64,000 nt of DNA from the NCBI RefSeq assembly GCF_001194135.2, contig NC_068987.1:89317758-89381757 (forward strand), given 5' to 3'. The position numbers were made by a program, and so were the translations under genes. Below, one piece after another: positions 39,842 to 51,781 of the stretch. How positions within the stretch are numbered: the first letter of the stretch is position 1; each line of letters opens with the position of its first letter. Source of the stretch: Octopus bimaculoides (Eukaryota). The notes beneath the pieces were generated by a model, which saw nothing but the letters and a program-made list of their open reading frames with translations, ran no database searches and had not been told where the DNA came from.

Positions 39842-40088
39842 GGTACTACTAAAGCAGCACGGTCCCGAACGCGCAGTCGCGCTAGCTAGTCGTGAGTAGT
39901 CGATCCTAGCCCTGTCCCTAACCCTAACCCTGTCCCTAACCCTATCCCTAACCCTAACCATATCCCTAACCCGCGTTTGTAAATGAATACGTGTTTAGGG
40001 TTAGGGTTAAGGTTAGGATCGACCACTCACGACTAGCTAGCGCGGACACGCGACGGCGAGTTCGGGACCGTGCTGCTTTAGTAGTACC
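39842..40088. mobile_element. Merlin-like MITE (247 bp) containing telomeric repeats
   Basis: Perfect 29-bp TIR GGTACTACTAAAGCAGCACGGTCCCGAAC; 8-bp TSD AAAAGGCG at 39834-39841 and 40089-40096; CCCTAA tract about 39905-39972, TTAGGG tract about 39995-40016. Confidence 0.85.
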
Positions 40089-43000
40089 AAAAGGCGTAAC
40101 GCTTACATTATATTGTAATTAACGAAATAATATAGATTATATAGGGGCATAACTACAGATGTGTGTCCTTTCATTGACTTTGTTTCTTTATGACTTTCTG
40201 AAAAATGCATATTTTTTAATGAAATTTTCAACAAACATGTTTGAGATTATGTGGATTACGATTATGTCGGAAGTGTAAAAAAAAAAAAAAGATTGGGGTA
40301 GGGGTCAGAAAAATCACACACCCAGTCTTTATTTCCTCTTACGTTCAAATGAGATGTAGGAATAAACCAAACCCTTTTTGTTTCTCCATCAAAATCCGAT
40401 ATACACCATGTGAAACTGTATTAAAAAAAGAAATATTCATTTTTCATAAAGTTATAAGAAATCAAAATCGATGATGGACGGGGTACACAACTGTATTTAT
40501 ACCGATTATATTTAGCTTTAATAACGTACTTAGTTTATTAAAAACGAATCGTCGTCTTTTTTATGTTTGTTTTTGCAATNNNNNNNNNNNNNNNNNNNNN
40601 NNNNNNNNNNNNNNNNNNNNNNNNNNNNNNNNNNNNNNNNNNNNNNNNNNNNNNNNNNNNNNNNNNNNNNNNNNNNNNNNNNNNNNNNNNNNNNNNNNNN
40701 NNNNNNNNNNNNNNNNNNNNNNNNNNNNNNNNNNNNNNNNNNNNNNNNNNNNNNNNNNNNNNNNNNNNNNNNNNNNNNNNNNNNNNNNNNNNNNNNNNNN
40801 NNNNNNNNNNNNNNNNNNNNNNNNNNNNNNNNNNNNNNNNNNNNNNNNNNNNNNNNNNNNNNNNNNNNNNNNNNNNNNNNNNNNNNNNNNNNNNNNNNNN
40901 NNNNNNNNNNNNNNNNNNNNNNNNNCTTAATGCTGCCGATTTTAAGTTTTTAAAATCATCTTTGTCCTAAAGACATAAATCTGGAAATCGCCCTTGTGAA
41001 AGTATGCAATCTACATTGAAATATACATCTCTGATGTGTGCAGTTTTCATTTGAATATTAATTTGAAATGAAAATGTGAATTATTTCAATATTTAGGTCG
41101 GAATTATTATTTAAGAAATCTGTAATATTGTATTTTAATTATTGATATTTCCAATACATTGATGCGATTCCTAGCTGTAGCCACATGTAACTGTTTTATG
41201 ACCAGAAACTGGAAACTAGAACAAAAGTGTTTAAACCACAAATGGTTTTTTTAGGTTAATTTAGTAGATTTAGTTTGTTTCGCAGGTTCGATTTAACTTT
41301 TATCGAATATATTGCAACTGTTTCAGTAGTTGGTTTGCCATGAATCGAAAATTATAAAACTTTATCCTGTTAGATAAGAAGTTAATGCAAACGATTTTTA
41401 AAAAAATGAGCTCTTATGAAGCCAGCGTTATCATGAGTCTCTTGACATATTTAGTTACAATGAAGAAGAGGTGGAAAGGTTTAGCAGACATAGGAGTTAG
41501 GTGGAATCTCGACAGCTCTCAGCGAAACTCTGCCGAATATGGTATTAGATAGGGATTGATTGGCATTTAATTGAGCACTTGTTAAATAACCGTTTAAGTT
41601 TAAAATTGGAGAATCCAGTGAGGTAGATTTCTAAGCGATCGTTCGATCTGCTAGATATAACAGCTAGATTCCCCTCGATAATGTCTTAAAGTAAGAAAAG
41701 TGCGTTGAACTTATGCAGTTTAACAGCGCCATCTGGTCTTTGGATGTCTTTAGTAACATCTATTGTTGCAAATATTCAAAGTGTCTGATCTGATTGTTTC
41801 TCCCAGCATTCCTCCCTGTCTCTGAGACCCCATTAAAAGGTCATGGGCCTGTCCTTTCTCATGTGACTTAATGAAATATAAAGACTCCAGTCACGCTGCT
41901 AGAACGCGGCGTGACGAGTCATACAACTGCTCACAATCTGGGTTAACCTGAGAATTAAGAGGGAATCCAACAAGATCAATATTTCTGATATATATGGGTG
42001 ATGGTTTGAAAATATATGAGAGCCTATAAGCCTCAAAATTTTAATCTGAGAACAATTGAGAGAACTGGATTTTCACAGGACAGTAGTGATGGGCGATCTT
42101 TAGACTGAAAGATTGACTCATATAATAATACTTAGAGCATTATCTTAGTATCGCAACGAGTAAAGTATCAGATCCAACAAATTGGGGACAAAGTAGGTGT
42201 CCATTGGTTGGAATTCGTTATTTAAACCTAAGAAATAACTAGCATTCGTGATCCTTTATAAATTCTAAACCAGAATACAATACGAACAAGAACGTCATTA
42301 AATTTTCTCGTGTAACAAAAAATAATGCTTTAAATATCTATATTTAATTTTTTTAATGTATAAAATATGTAATTATATAAAATATATATTAAGCAAAGAT
42401 AATATTGTTTGATCGAATATAAAGATCAACTCTACAGCATTCGTGTATTGGTGACTAAACACGTAATCATGTTTTTCACAAAGAATATGTTGAAGTCGCG
42501 ACTGTACTGGGCGAAACAATATTGTTACATATATATATATGTGCGTGTATGTGTGAATCAGTTTTGGTTGGTTTCTTTTTTTGTTTTTTGTTTCTTTGCA
42601 TTGAGAAAATTAAATGAAGTTCATGTTTGAAGTATTATTGTATTCTGGTTTCGGTATTTCTTCTGAGTTTCTGCTCTTAACACGAGGGATCGCTTCAGTT
42701 TTCTTTGTCTGTTTTCGATGGTCACTGATCAAACAGATCTACTACTGTATGTAGGAAATGGGTTGCTCTACCGTCTCAGGTCAACTGGGTAGAGTAACCT
42801 GCTCGACGAAGTATCACTCCAGATCCTCATCTATATCGTGTTTCCTTATGGCCGAGGACCACATTTCGACATACAGAGCAGAATTACATGTATATAATAG
42901 TCTAGACACGTTGCACTCTCTACATTCATAGATTCTAGTGCGTGCCACAGTGTCAAGAGTGGGTGAAGTGGACTTATTTCTTATTCCTCTCTACGTGTTA

Positions 43001-43834
43001 GTACGCTCCTGTTACAGTATTAGGGTCTAGTGAGCTATATCTATGCATTACAGCTATATCTGTTCATTACATTCTTTATGCTTGTTTAGGCTGAATGGAG
43101 GAAACAGTATTTTAAGATGTTGTAGCAGTCTTTTGGAGGGATTTCAAGATTTTTTTTTTTTTTGTAGTGACGGACAGGGCTTGTGTTGAAGCTTGCTGTA
43201 GAATCATTCTGTGTCCGTCACATGTCTAAGAAGTCTTTTAGTTTTAATATTTTGGAGCTACTACAGTTTTGCACGACATCTGTTACGTTTTTCGTTTGTC
43301 ACCTAACAATTCCGCTTTTTTTTTAAAGACTTTTTTACTTGACGCCCACCTGTATGACGCTGCAGAATTCCTTTGGCCATTCGACCTGTTAGAAATAGCA
43401 GTCATATCTTCCTCAAAATAGTTCGAGTCGCTTTTATTTTACAATTGGCTTTAATTTCCTGTAGAAACTACTCATCTGAATGTTACCCTCCTGTCATTCT
43501 TTGTTGAGCACCTTTAACAGACTTCATCTGTAGGTGTGCTACTGTTTAATGAGATTCCTATCACAAATGTTGACACTATTGGAACGATATTTAAAAAGTA
43601 TTCTCCAAAACAAGACGTCTCAGGCTTTGCATAAGCTGTATCTTTCTATATCTTGAATTGTACAGATCAATCTGTATCAACACATAGTTGAATACCTCCC
43701 TGGGATCCTGCCTCATATTTAGAAACCACGGAAGTTCTTCATAGTTTATATAATTTCTGTGTGTGGCTCTTGTATAGTTGTCAGGCTGAAGCGAAAGTGT
43801 GAGAAAGCAGAACTGTTCCAAAAGGAAACCCGCG

Positions 43835-44227
43835 AGAAGTGATGGAAAGAGACCAGATGGTCTTACCCTTTGTCCCTGGGGAAGAGGTAGGTGCCTCATC
43901 TGGGGCTCCACGATCTGTGACTCTTTTGCTCCCTCCCATATCCTGAGTGTGCGGTAAATGGGAGGGTCACTGCTTCCGTAGTCGAGCGGAACAAAACCCT
44001 GAAGTATCAGGACCTGGCAGTGAACTATCTCTTCCCGCCTGTGATATTTGAGACGTTTGGAGGGGGCTGGACCTCTAACGATGAAGTTCTTGTCATTGTT
44101 GGTAGTTCGCCTTGCCGAGTTGTCAGGTGATGCCCATAAGGGTGCTTGGCTTTTCCAACGTCTTAGCCTCGCCATCGCCCGTATTAATGCCGCGAGCGTG
44201 TTGGCTTGTTTCAATACGTTCCGTTGA
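43835..44227 (+). mobile_element. 5'-truncated CRE-like non-LTR retrotransposon (restriction-like endonuclease C-terminus), frameshifted
   Basis: [32 protein letters not shown] / KTLKYQDL..NYLFPPVIFETFG / WLFQRLSLAIARINAASVL in three frames. Confidence 0.8.
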
Positions 44228-46429
44228 ACCTTGTGATAATGCAACCAGTTAAGGCATTTGCTGATGCATTGTTGTTGTTTTCCTTTCTTCTCTTTTTTTT
44301 TTTTTTGCTTTGTTCTTCGTTTGTATAAATTGTACAGAAAATCAAATGTTTCTTAGAGGTAAAAACAAACAAACAAGCAGAAACAAAACCTATGAGGTAA
44401 GGTACGAAACTCTCCTGGCGCCGTTTTATTTATTGTGGTTTTGTTGTTGAGAGATTGAAGCCCCAGGTAGAATTGAATCTATCTTTTACTTGTTTCAGTC
44501 CTAGGAGCATGGCCATGCTAGGGCACCACATTAAAAAATTTTTCTCGACCCCAGGATTTATTTTCATGTCTGGTACTTGTTCCTTTGACCTCTTTTGCTG
44601 AATCACAAGTTCACGGGGACGTGTATGGGCTTCCACATAGTTTCCTCTCTACCACATTCACTTAGAAGTCATTGGATGGTACGTTGCTAGAGTAGAAGAC
44701 GCCAGCGTGCCGTGTAGTGGGACTGAATTTGAAGCCACGTGGTTGCAAAGCGAGCTTCTTAACCACTGTACACCATCGTTAAATATTCCTCTTGATCAAA
44801 AGTGGTTCTTGAGATCACTCTTGTTGGTATGTTTTGATTCCAGTGTCGTAAATGTGGGGATGTTGTGACTTCTACTCTTGTTGTCTTTTGTATATCAAGT
44901 GTGATGGTTTTATATGATGTCCTCTTGTGTTGCTGGTGAAGATCTGGTGTATGCTGCTGCTTTAAACTTGTTGTTTTGGATCCAAGTTTCTTAGTGACCA
45001 AAGCATTTTCATAAGTTTGTCCTTCATGTCTGAGCTTGGTTTCAGACTTTAAGTTAACCCTTGAAGTAAAGATTTTTGCCAACATAACATGGCAGTTCTG
45101 GTTTAGGACGAATGTTGCTGCAATTTAGCCCCAGGAGACATCATCTCTAGCTGGCTATACGACACGATCTGTGTCCTTATATTTTCGAACAAGGGAATCT
45201 AGCACCCCCTCTCAGCTCAAAACAATATCTGTATATCGCAGTTTCCAGGTTATTTCCCTTCAACAGCACAGAATAATTGTTCGGCTTGAGGTGGTGCTGC
45301 CAAATTTCCCCATTCAAAATATATAGTTTTCAAAGTGACAACTAGTCACTAATCTATAAATTAAAAAATTACTGTTTTTTTAAATCACACAACGAAAGAG
45401 ATTAGTTAACCTTTGTTTTATATATTCTCAGTAATATAAAGCTTTCCTTTCATTAGTCTTAAATTACTCTAAGGTTGAAGGAAAAATATGGTANNNNNNN
45501 NNNTCCTGTGTATCACATGTGATTCAAAGGTCAAGCAAAGGTTCAAATAAGGTTAAAGCACCATTTGAGCACGATCGTTTCCAGCTTTGCCTTACTGGCA
45601 CTTGTGCCAGTGGCATGTGAACAAAACATTGGACTGACTCCCGTGCAGGTGGCACATAAAAAGACACCATTTGAGCATGGCCGTTGTCAGTACCACCGAA
45701 CTGGCACATAAAAAGCACCCACTACACTCTCGGAGTGGTTAGCGTTAGGAAGGGCATCCAGCTGTAGAAACTCTGCCAAATCAGATTGGAGTCCCCAGTC
45801 AAATCGTCAAACCCATGCTAGCATGGAAAGCGGACGTTAAATGATGATAATGATTTGTGGTGTGGTGTCTGGATAAAGGTGGAAGGGTGTGAATGTTATT
45901 ACCCTCTGTGTGTATGGTTGTCTGTATGTTTTGTTGGTGAAAGAATGGATCCATGTCATACTTCATGCAAGAAATTGCATAGCCTTGGTGGTCTGACTGG
46001 TAGTTGGCTAGCTTGTATTTTGTGTTTCTTGAATGGACAGTGGTGAATGGAGTTGAAAGGTTTGTTAAGAAAGGGCACTGGTTGTGACCCTTTCAGGTCT
46101 GAGTGTGCTGGGAGGCTATCCTCAAACTGGAGACCTGAATACGTTTGTTGCAGTGGACACTACTTGAAGACATTCAGGTGCACTGCTGTGCCCCCTTCTT
46201 TGCAACCACTTTCATCTCATTTGTGTCTTTGAGTTGTTGTCCCCAAAGACCAAACAAGTAGAAGTCAGCACCAGATCCGGGCTGTATGGTAGAGGGTGGG
46301 GAAGACCATTGATCAATCCAATTTAATGATTGCCTGATTTTATTGCCAAAGATGTGAGATTCTTGTTTGGTCTTTTCTTCCTAATAGCTTCCCTAAGCCT
46401 TTTGGATATTTCAGTGTTTCTTTTGCTGT

Positions 46430-47207
46430 TCACATTGAAATTACATTCTAGAAAATCATGAATGACATCCTTGTCATCCTCCAAGAACATATTGCTATGA
46501 CTTTCGGTGTCAATTGCTGGCTCTTGAACTTCTTATGTCTTGGAGGAGATATATGACACTATTTCGTAGACTCAGCCTTTGTTTCCTCAACATAAATACA
46601 ATCCCATTTCATTCCCTGTCCTCAAATTGGAAAAAACCTGACCCCCATTGGCTACAAATGCAGATCAGAGCAGACTTCTTGCCTTCTTTCCTTCAAATGC
46701 CAAGGTAGCCCCCCACTTTGGATAGACTTTCCAATACCCAAAATCTTTCACCATCTTCTTCAATGCATTATGACCACAGTCCAGTTGTGCAGAAAGCTCA
46801 TGGATTCTGACATGTCTCTCTTTTGTGCAAATCAATTTGTCCACTTACTGGCAAATTTGTGTCAATGGTTGCAGCTGATGGTCTCCCAACTGTGTGGCCC
46901 GCCTCTAGTGCTGCTGGCTTCCCCTTCTTTAAACTTCATCCATTTGTGCACATTGGTCTTGTCAATGGTGTCATCTCTGTAATCAGCCTGATGCCTTTTG
47001 TGGATGTCAGACGGTCTGTGTCCTTCCTTCATGAAGAACTCAATGGCTGCTTGTTGCTGCTATTTGGAACCTATTATTTGCTTGCAATGAAGAAGAACAA
47101 AGTTAGTGTAGAAGATGAGTTACTCTGCCAACCTATGCCATTTGAACGACTTGTGCCATTTAAGATTCTATGCCAACATTTTTGCATTACTTGTAGTTGA
47201 ACCCTCA
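46430..47207 (-). mobile_element. Degraded mariner transposase, 5' half
   Basis: QAAIEFFMKEGHRPSDIHKR...VHKWMKFKEG; later SPPRHKKFKS..KVIA..W..VIHDFL; TIR near 47180-47207. Confidence 0.75.
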
Positions 47208-48172
47208 TATTGGACCATTGGGTCTCAGGAATGTCTACATTATTTCATGTTTATTAGTATGTAGAATAACAAGATAACATATTTAGGCTAAACCAATGGC
47301 TTTTAGCAGTGACTTTTATGTCACATCAGTATATGGAAGAACAAAATATGGGGAGGAAACGTTTTGGCGCAGCCATTTTAGTGCTGGTTGATTTGATGCT
47401 TGCTTGTTTGACATCAGACTCTTTAATGTTTCCCTGCCTCCCTTTCTCCCTCTTTTATTATGTGTGTATTTAGTTATGTGTAATCTCTCTCTCCAATTGG
47501 TAGGTTAGTTGATGAAGTTGCCGTTTTAAGAAAACCGCTAATCTCTTATTTTGGTTTTGCAGTTTAAAAAGATTTTTTTTTTTTATGGTGACTTTTCCTA
47601 TGGTAAAATATCTTACAACAGTGTATATTTCTGTGCATGCACCTGTATTTGCTTCCAATACCAAACTGTACTTTCACCAAAACAGGTTGGATGTCCAGTC
47701 AACCATGCCAATTTGTTGGTGTCTTAACTGCTGTTGAGGTTTTTATCATCAAAAAGGCATGGCTGTGTGGTTTATTACTGGTTTCACAATCAGTCCACTG
47801 CACATCATGGGACATATCTTATTACACAGCCTCAAGTTGATCAAAACCTTGTAAATGAAATTTGTTAGTCAGAAATTATGGAGAAACTTGTTATAGAGGT
47901 TTTTTGTTCTTGGTTGGGTAGACTTACCCTGTCCACCATCACCTGGTGCATGAGAGTCTTTAGTGGTGTCCACTCTGTTGTAAGCATTAAGACCATGCTT
48001 CCCGTTTACCAATTACTTTCTTTTATTTTACCAGACTCCGAGACCTGAGAAAAGTCATGAATGATGCCTGACTAAGCGATTTATGAAATAAGCCTTATAT
48101 CTTAAAAATCTATAATTTTACTTAGAATTATTTTTTCTTTTCTTTTAAGTTCTATTTTAGTTACTTCTGAAA

Positions 48173-48356
48173 ATGGCTAAAGATAAAAAGAATAAAACTA
48201 CTGAAGGGTGTGCCGAGAAAGTTGAAGTAAATTTGAATTCTTCAGGGGTTAACAAAAAACCCCAAAAGAAAGAACAAAAAGGTCCTAAAGAGAGTAAGGT
48301 AAACGAAGCGCCATCTCAAGGGAAAGATAAGAACATCAATGCTGTACCAGCAACAG
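48173..48356 (+). CDS. Lys-rich protein, first coding exon (MAKDKKNKTTEG...NAVPAT)
   Basis: Acceptor ttttAG at 48160, ATG 48173, donor AG|GTAAAT at 48357, phase 1. Confidence 0.8.
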
Positions 48357-49141
48357 GTAAATATTCCATTGTTGATTTTGATTTACCAGTTTTCTATATA
48401 AAAAAAAAGGGACTGTTTTATTAATCATCATCATCATCGTTTAACGTCCACTTTCCATGCTAGCATGGGTTGGACGATTTGACTGAGGACTGGTGAACCG
48501 GATGGCTGCACCAGGCTTCAATCTGATCTGGCAGAGTTTCTACAGCTGGATGCCCTTCCTAACGCTAACTACTCCGAGAGTGTAGTGGGTGCTTTTATGT
48601 GCCACCTGCACAGGAGCCAGTTCAACGGCACTGGCAATGACCACGCTCAAATGTATTCTAACATGCCAGTAAGGCAACGCTGGTAACGATCACGCTCAAA
48701 TGGCGCTATTTACATGCAACTGGCATGGAAGCCAGACAGTTGCTCTAGCAATGATCACATTTGGATGGTGCTGTTAGTGCTCTGTTGATCGGATCAACTG
48801 GAACAGTTGTCATCATAACCAAAAGAGTACCAATGCGTTCACTTGTAAAAGATATGAATTCTTATGTTTTAGTTAGTGTAAGGTTTTTCTCATAACTGCA
48901 TTACATCACAGATTAGAAAAGGATGGTCATGCCTGGAATGCTTTTGTTATTTGTAATGTGTGCTACCTACTAGTAGCTATGCAAACTGGTCAGAGCTATG
49001 TCTAGCTAGGATCATTATAGAAACTGCTCATCTCTCAGTTGGTTTTCTGTTAATTGATTCAATTGATTTTTATTTTCTCTGCTGTATTATTTCACAGAAC
49101 TTGGTAACATTTTCTAATAAAAGGCTTTTTTTTTGTTTTAG

Positions 49142-49225
49142 ATGCAGAGAAGAAGAAGAAGCAGCAGAAGAAGAAACCGAATGGACTTAATGCAGAAGAC
49201 AGCAACAAACAAAATCATGTGGAAG
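49142..49225 (+). CDS. Lys-rich protein exon, 84 nt (DAEKKKKQQKKKPNGLNAEDSNKQNHVE)
   Basis: AG/GT boundaries, phase 1-1, frame open. Confidence 0.8.
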
Positions 49226-49283
49226 GTGTGTGTGATTCGGTTCTCTTGTTACTAACATAATTGTTCAGTTCTATATGTCCACA

Positions 49284-49510
49284 GGCATGTGGCGTAGTAC
49301 TTAAGAGCATGGGCTACTAACCCCAAGATTCCGAGTTCAATTCCAGGCAGTGATCTGAATAATAATAATATCGAAAAATACCTTAGGAATGAGAACCCAG
49401 GTTCAAAATTTCCCCAAGACACCTGATGAAGGCTGGAGGGTATATCAGCCGAAACGTTGTGTTAACAACAAACAAGATGAGGACAAATATCCATCAAATG
49501 TAAATAATGT
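49284..49510 (+). mobile_element. tRNA-headed SINE-like element with Penelope-type 3' region
   Basis: A box TGGCGTAGT near 49289, B box GAGTTCAATTCC 49333-49344, anticodon-like stem ggg-ctactaa-ccc; hammerhead downstream. Confidence 0.7.
49418..49463 (+). ncRNA. Minimal type I hammerhead ribozyme (Penelope type)
   Basis: Stem I GACAC/GTGTT; core CTGATGA(A); stem II GGCTG-gagggtatat-CAGCC; GAA-ACGT palindromic stem III; GUU cleavage triplet, cut after 49458. Confidence 0.75.
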
Positions 49511-49709
49511 GAATAATGAACATAATTGTTGGTATTAACATTTTTCTGTCCATTTTCAGAGTTAGCATGTAGTAGTGGTGGTTGTTTGACCTCAGTTCAA
49601 GCCTGGGTGATCAATGAGGGCTAACTTGGGGGCTAAACAGCAACAGTTGCTAACCCTTAAAAAAAGACTGTCCCGGTTTTCTTTTAAGGCTTTAGTAAAA
49701 CTACATTAA

Positions 49710-49929
49710 CCCTTTAGCATTAAACTGGCCATGTCATGCCCAAATATTTTGCTTGTTTGATGTTTAAACTGGCCAGATCTGGCCTCTCACATCAATCCTA
49801 CGATGTCATTCTAAAAATAAACAAATCACATCATTGAAATTTTGTAGCTACAAGATAATGCATGATTAATTCAAAACAAAATCAATAAATATGCATAACA
49901 TTTGGTAGAGTTATCTGAATGCTAAAGGG
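49710..49929. mobile_element. piggyBac-like MITE, second family (220 bp)
   Basis: TTAA-CCCTTTAGCAT...ATGCTAAAGGG-TTAA; relatives near 12790, 14160, 53185, 53610. Confidence 0.75.
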
Positions 49930-50138
49930 TTAATTCGTGGTCTTATATAATACAGTTTCATGTGCCCTGACAGATCACTAGCAGGTTGCATGACCACATA
50001 AGAGTCTCACTTGTTGACTCTTCGTAACCTAGGTTTATGCATCTCTTATACAGTTGACTAAAGTTTTTTTGTCATCTCATCTGTGACCATCATCATCATC
50101 ATCATCAAGCACAAACGTTTTTGTATTTTTCTTTGTAG

Positions 50139-50189
50139 GAAATGTGAAAGCAACAAAACAAAAGAAATCCGAAGAGAACGTGACTGGCG
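50139..50189 (+). CDS. Lys-rich protein exon, 51 nt (GNVKATKQKKSEENVTG)
   Basis: tttgtAG / GTAGGT, phase 1-1. Confidence 0.8.
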
Positions 50190-50396
50190 GTAGGTGACTT
50201 TAACCATTCAAATATATGATTGGGAGTTTTTGTGAATAGGTGCAGGAGTGGTTACACAGTTAAGAAGCTCACTTTGCAACCACGTGGTTTCAGGTTCAGT
50301 CCCACTGTGTAGAACCTTTAGCCCCAGGCTGACCAATACTCCATGCAAATTTGATTGAAAGAAACTGAAAGAAAGTTGTGTGTGGTGTGTGTATGT

Positions 50397-50435
<39 letters not shown>

Positions 50436-50439
50436 AAGC

Positions 50440-50793
50440 AAACAGAAAATGGAGAAGTACTGATTAATAGCAATTGACTTACATCAATTATTTAAATTCA
50501 ATACAAATAGACTGCATCCCATCTAACAGCTGTTTCTGCTTCCAGTGTGATATGGCATTGCCATTGATATTCAAAATATGTAAAAAATATTAATCATATT
50601 TGGTGATAAAACCGATCAGAAACAAGGAGCTTCGTATGATTAATATTTTTACATATTTTGAATATCAATGGCAAAACCATATAACATTGGAAGCAGAAAC
50701 AGCTGTTAGATGGGATACAGTCTATTTGTATTAAAAAGTAATAGTTAATGTTAGTCAATTGTTGTTCATCAATATTTCTCCATTTTCTTGTTT
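50440..50793. mobile_element. Foldback element with about 155-bp arms
   Basis: e.g. catcccatctaacagctgtttctgcttcca versus tggaagcagaaacagctgttagatgggat. Confidence 0.75.
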
Positions 50794-50968
50794 TTTTTAA
50801 ATTTTGATTCTTGATAAACTTATGTTTATCCTTGTCTTTACTTGTAATTTTATGAGCATGATATGTTTGCATATGTATGCCCAGGGTTAAACATAGGTAA
50901 TATACTGGTAGTGTAATGGATACTTCTATCCCTTAGACAGTTATTTTTAACCTCTAACTCAACTAACC

Positions 50969-51006
<38 letters not shown>

Positions 51007-51055
51007 TGTAAGAATTTACTGTGATTAAGGCTGCATGACATTTGATTATAAATAA

Positions 51056-51316
51056 ATAAAATAAAAAATACACATTGTGTACAGGACATCACCAATGAGT
51101 GAAAAATATATAAATGCAGGAGAGAAAAGTACAGGACAAAGTACCAAAAGAAGATAACTCACACGTCAGTTATTAGACAAGTAATAAACAGTCCGACAAC
51201 TGATGAGGGAGTCATCTTCTTTTGCATTTTCTCCTGTACTCTTCTCTCATGTGTTTATGTATTTTTCACTTGTTGTTGATGTCCTGTACATAATGTATAT
51301 TTTTTAAATTTTATTT
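51056..51316. mobile_element. Foldback element
   Basis: tacacattgtgtacaggacatca versus tgatgtcctgtacataatgta; aaaagaagataactc versus gagtcatcttctttt. Confidence 0.7.
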
Positions 51317-51317
51317 A

Positions 51318-51709
51318 CCGTAAATCCTCAAGTATAGTCCGCCCTTGAGTATAATATGCAGGGGATTTTTAGGGAGCTGTACCTCTGAAAAACCTAAACC
51401 TTGTGTATAATACGCACCTCTTCTCTAACTTGAGTCAAGGAGGTCTATATAACGTCCTTTATTATTATTGTGTATATAACATAATGCAAACGTGTAGCTT
51501 TTTTGTGCACTTTGTTTGCAGAAAATAAAGAAATAACAGTAATAACATCAGTGAAAAATAAATATTAAGTAAATTGCCTTTACATATTTATCACTTAGAA
51601 AATTTTGCTTAGAAAATATTTTCCAGTTTTAATCTCGTATATAGTACACACTAGAAATTTTGACCAGTAAATTTTTGGAAAAATGTGTGGATTATACTCG
51701 AGAATTTAC

Positions 51710-51711
<2 letters not shown>
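51318..51711. mobile_element. Tc1/pogo-like MITE with TA TSD
   Basis: TA-CCGTAAATCCTCAAGTATA ... TATACTCGAGAATTTACGG-TA. Confidence 0.8.

Positions 51712-51779
<68 letters not shown>

Positions 51780-51781
<2 letters not shown>

Noticed and set aside
39905-40016. Telomere-telomere fusion scar
   Set aside because: The order is CCCTAA then TTAGGG (opposite to a fusion) and it lies inside a TIR element with a TSD.
43578-43589. ATTGGAACGATA identical to part of U6 snRNA, near the CRE-like element
   Set aside because: Only 12 nt, flanks do not match U6, and such a match is expected by chance in 64 kb.
43591-44244. 217-aa minus-strand ORF
   Set aside because: Antisense shadow of the frameshifted CRE-like endonuclease on the plus strand; no recognisable motifs of its own.
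51522-51570. Possible extra exon of the Lys-rich gene after tttgcAG
   Set aside because: Lies inside a Tc1/pogo MITE and hits a stop before any phase-compatible donor.
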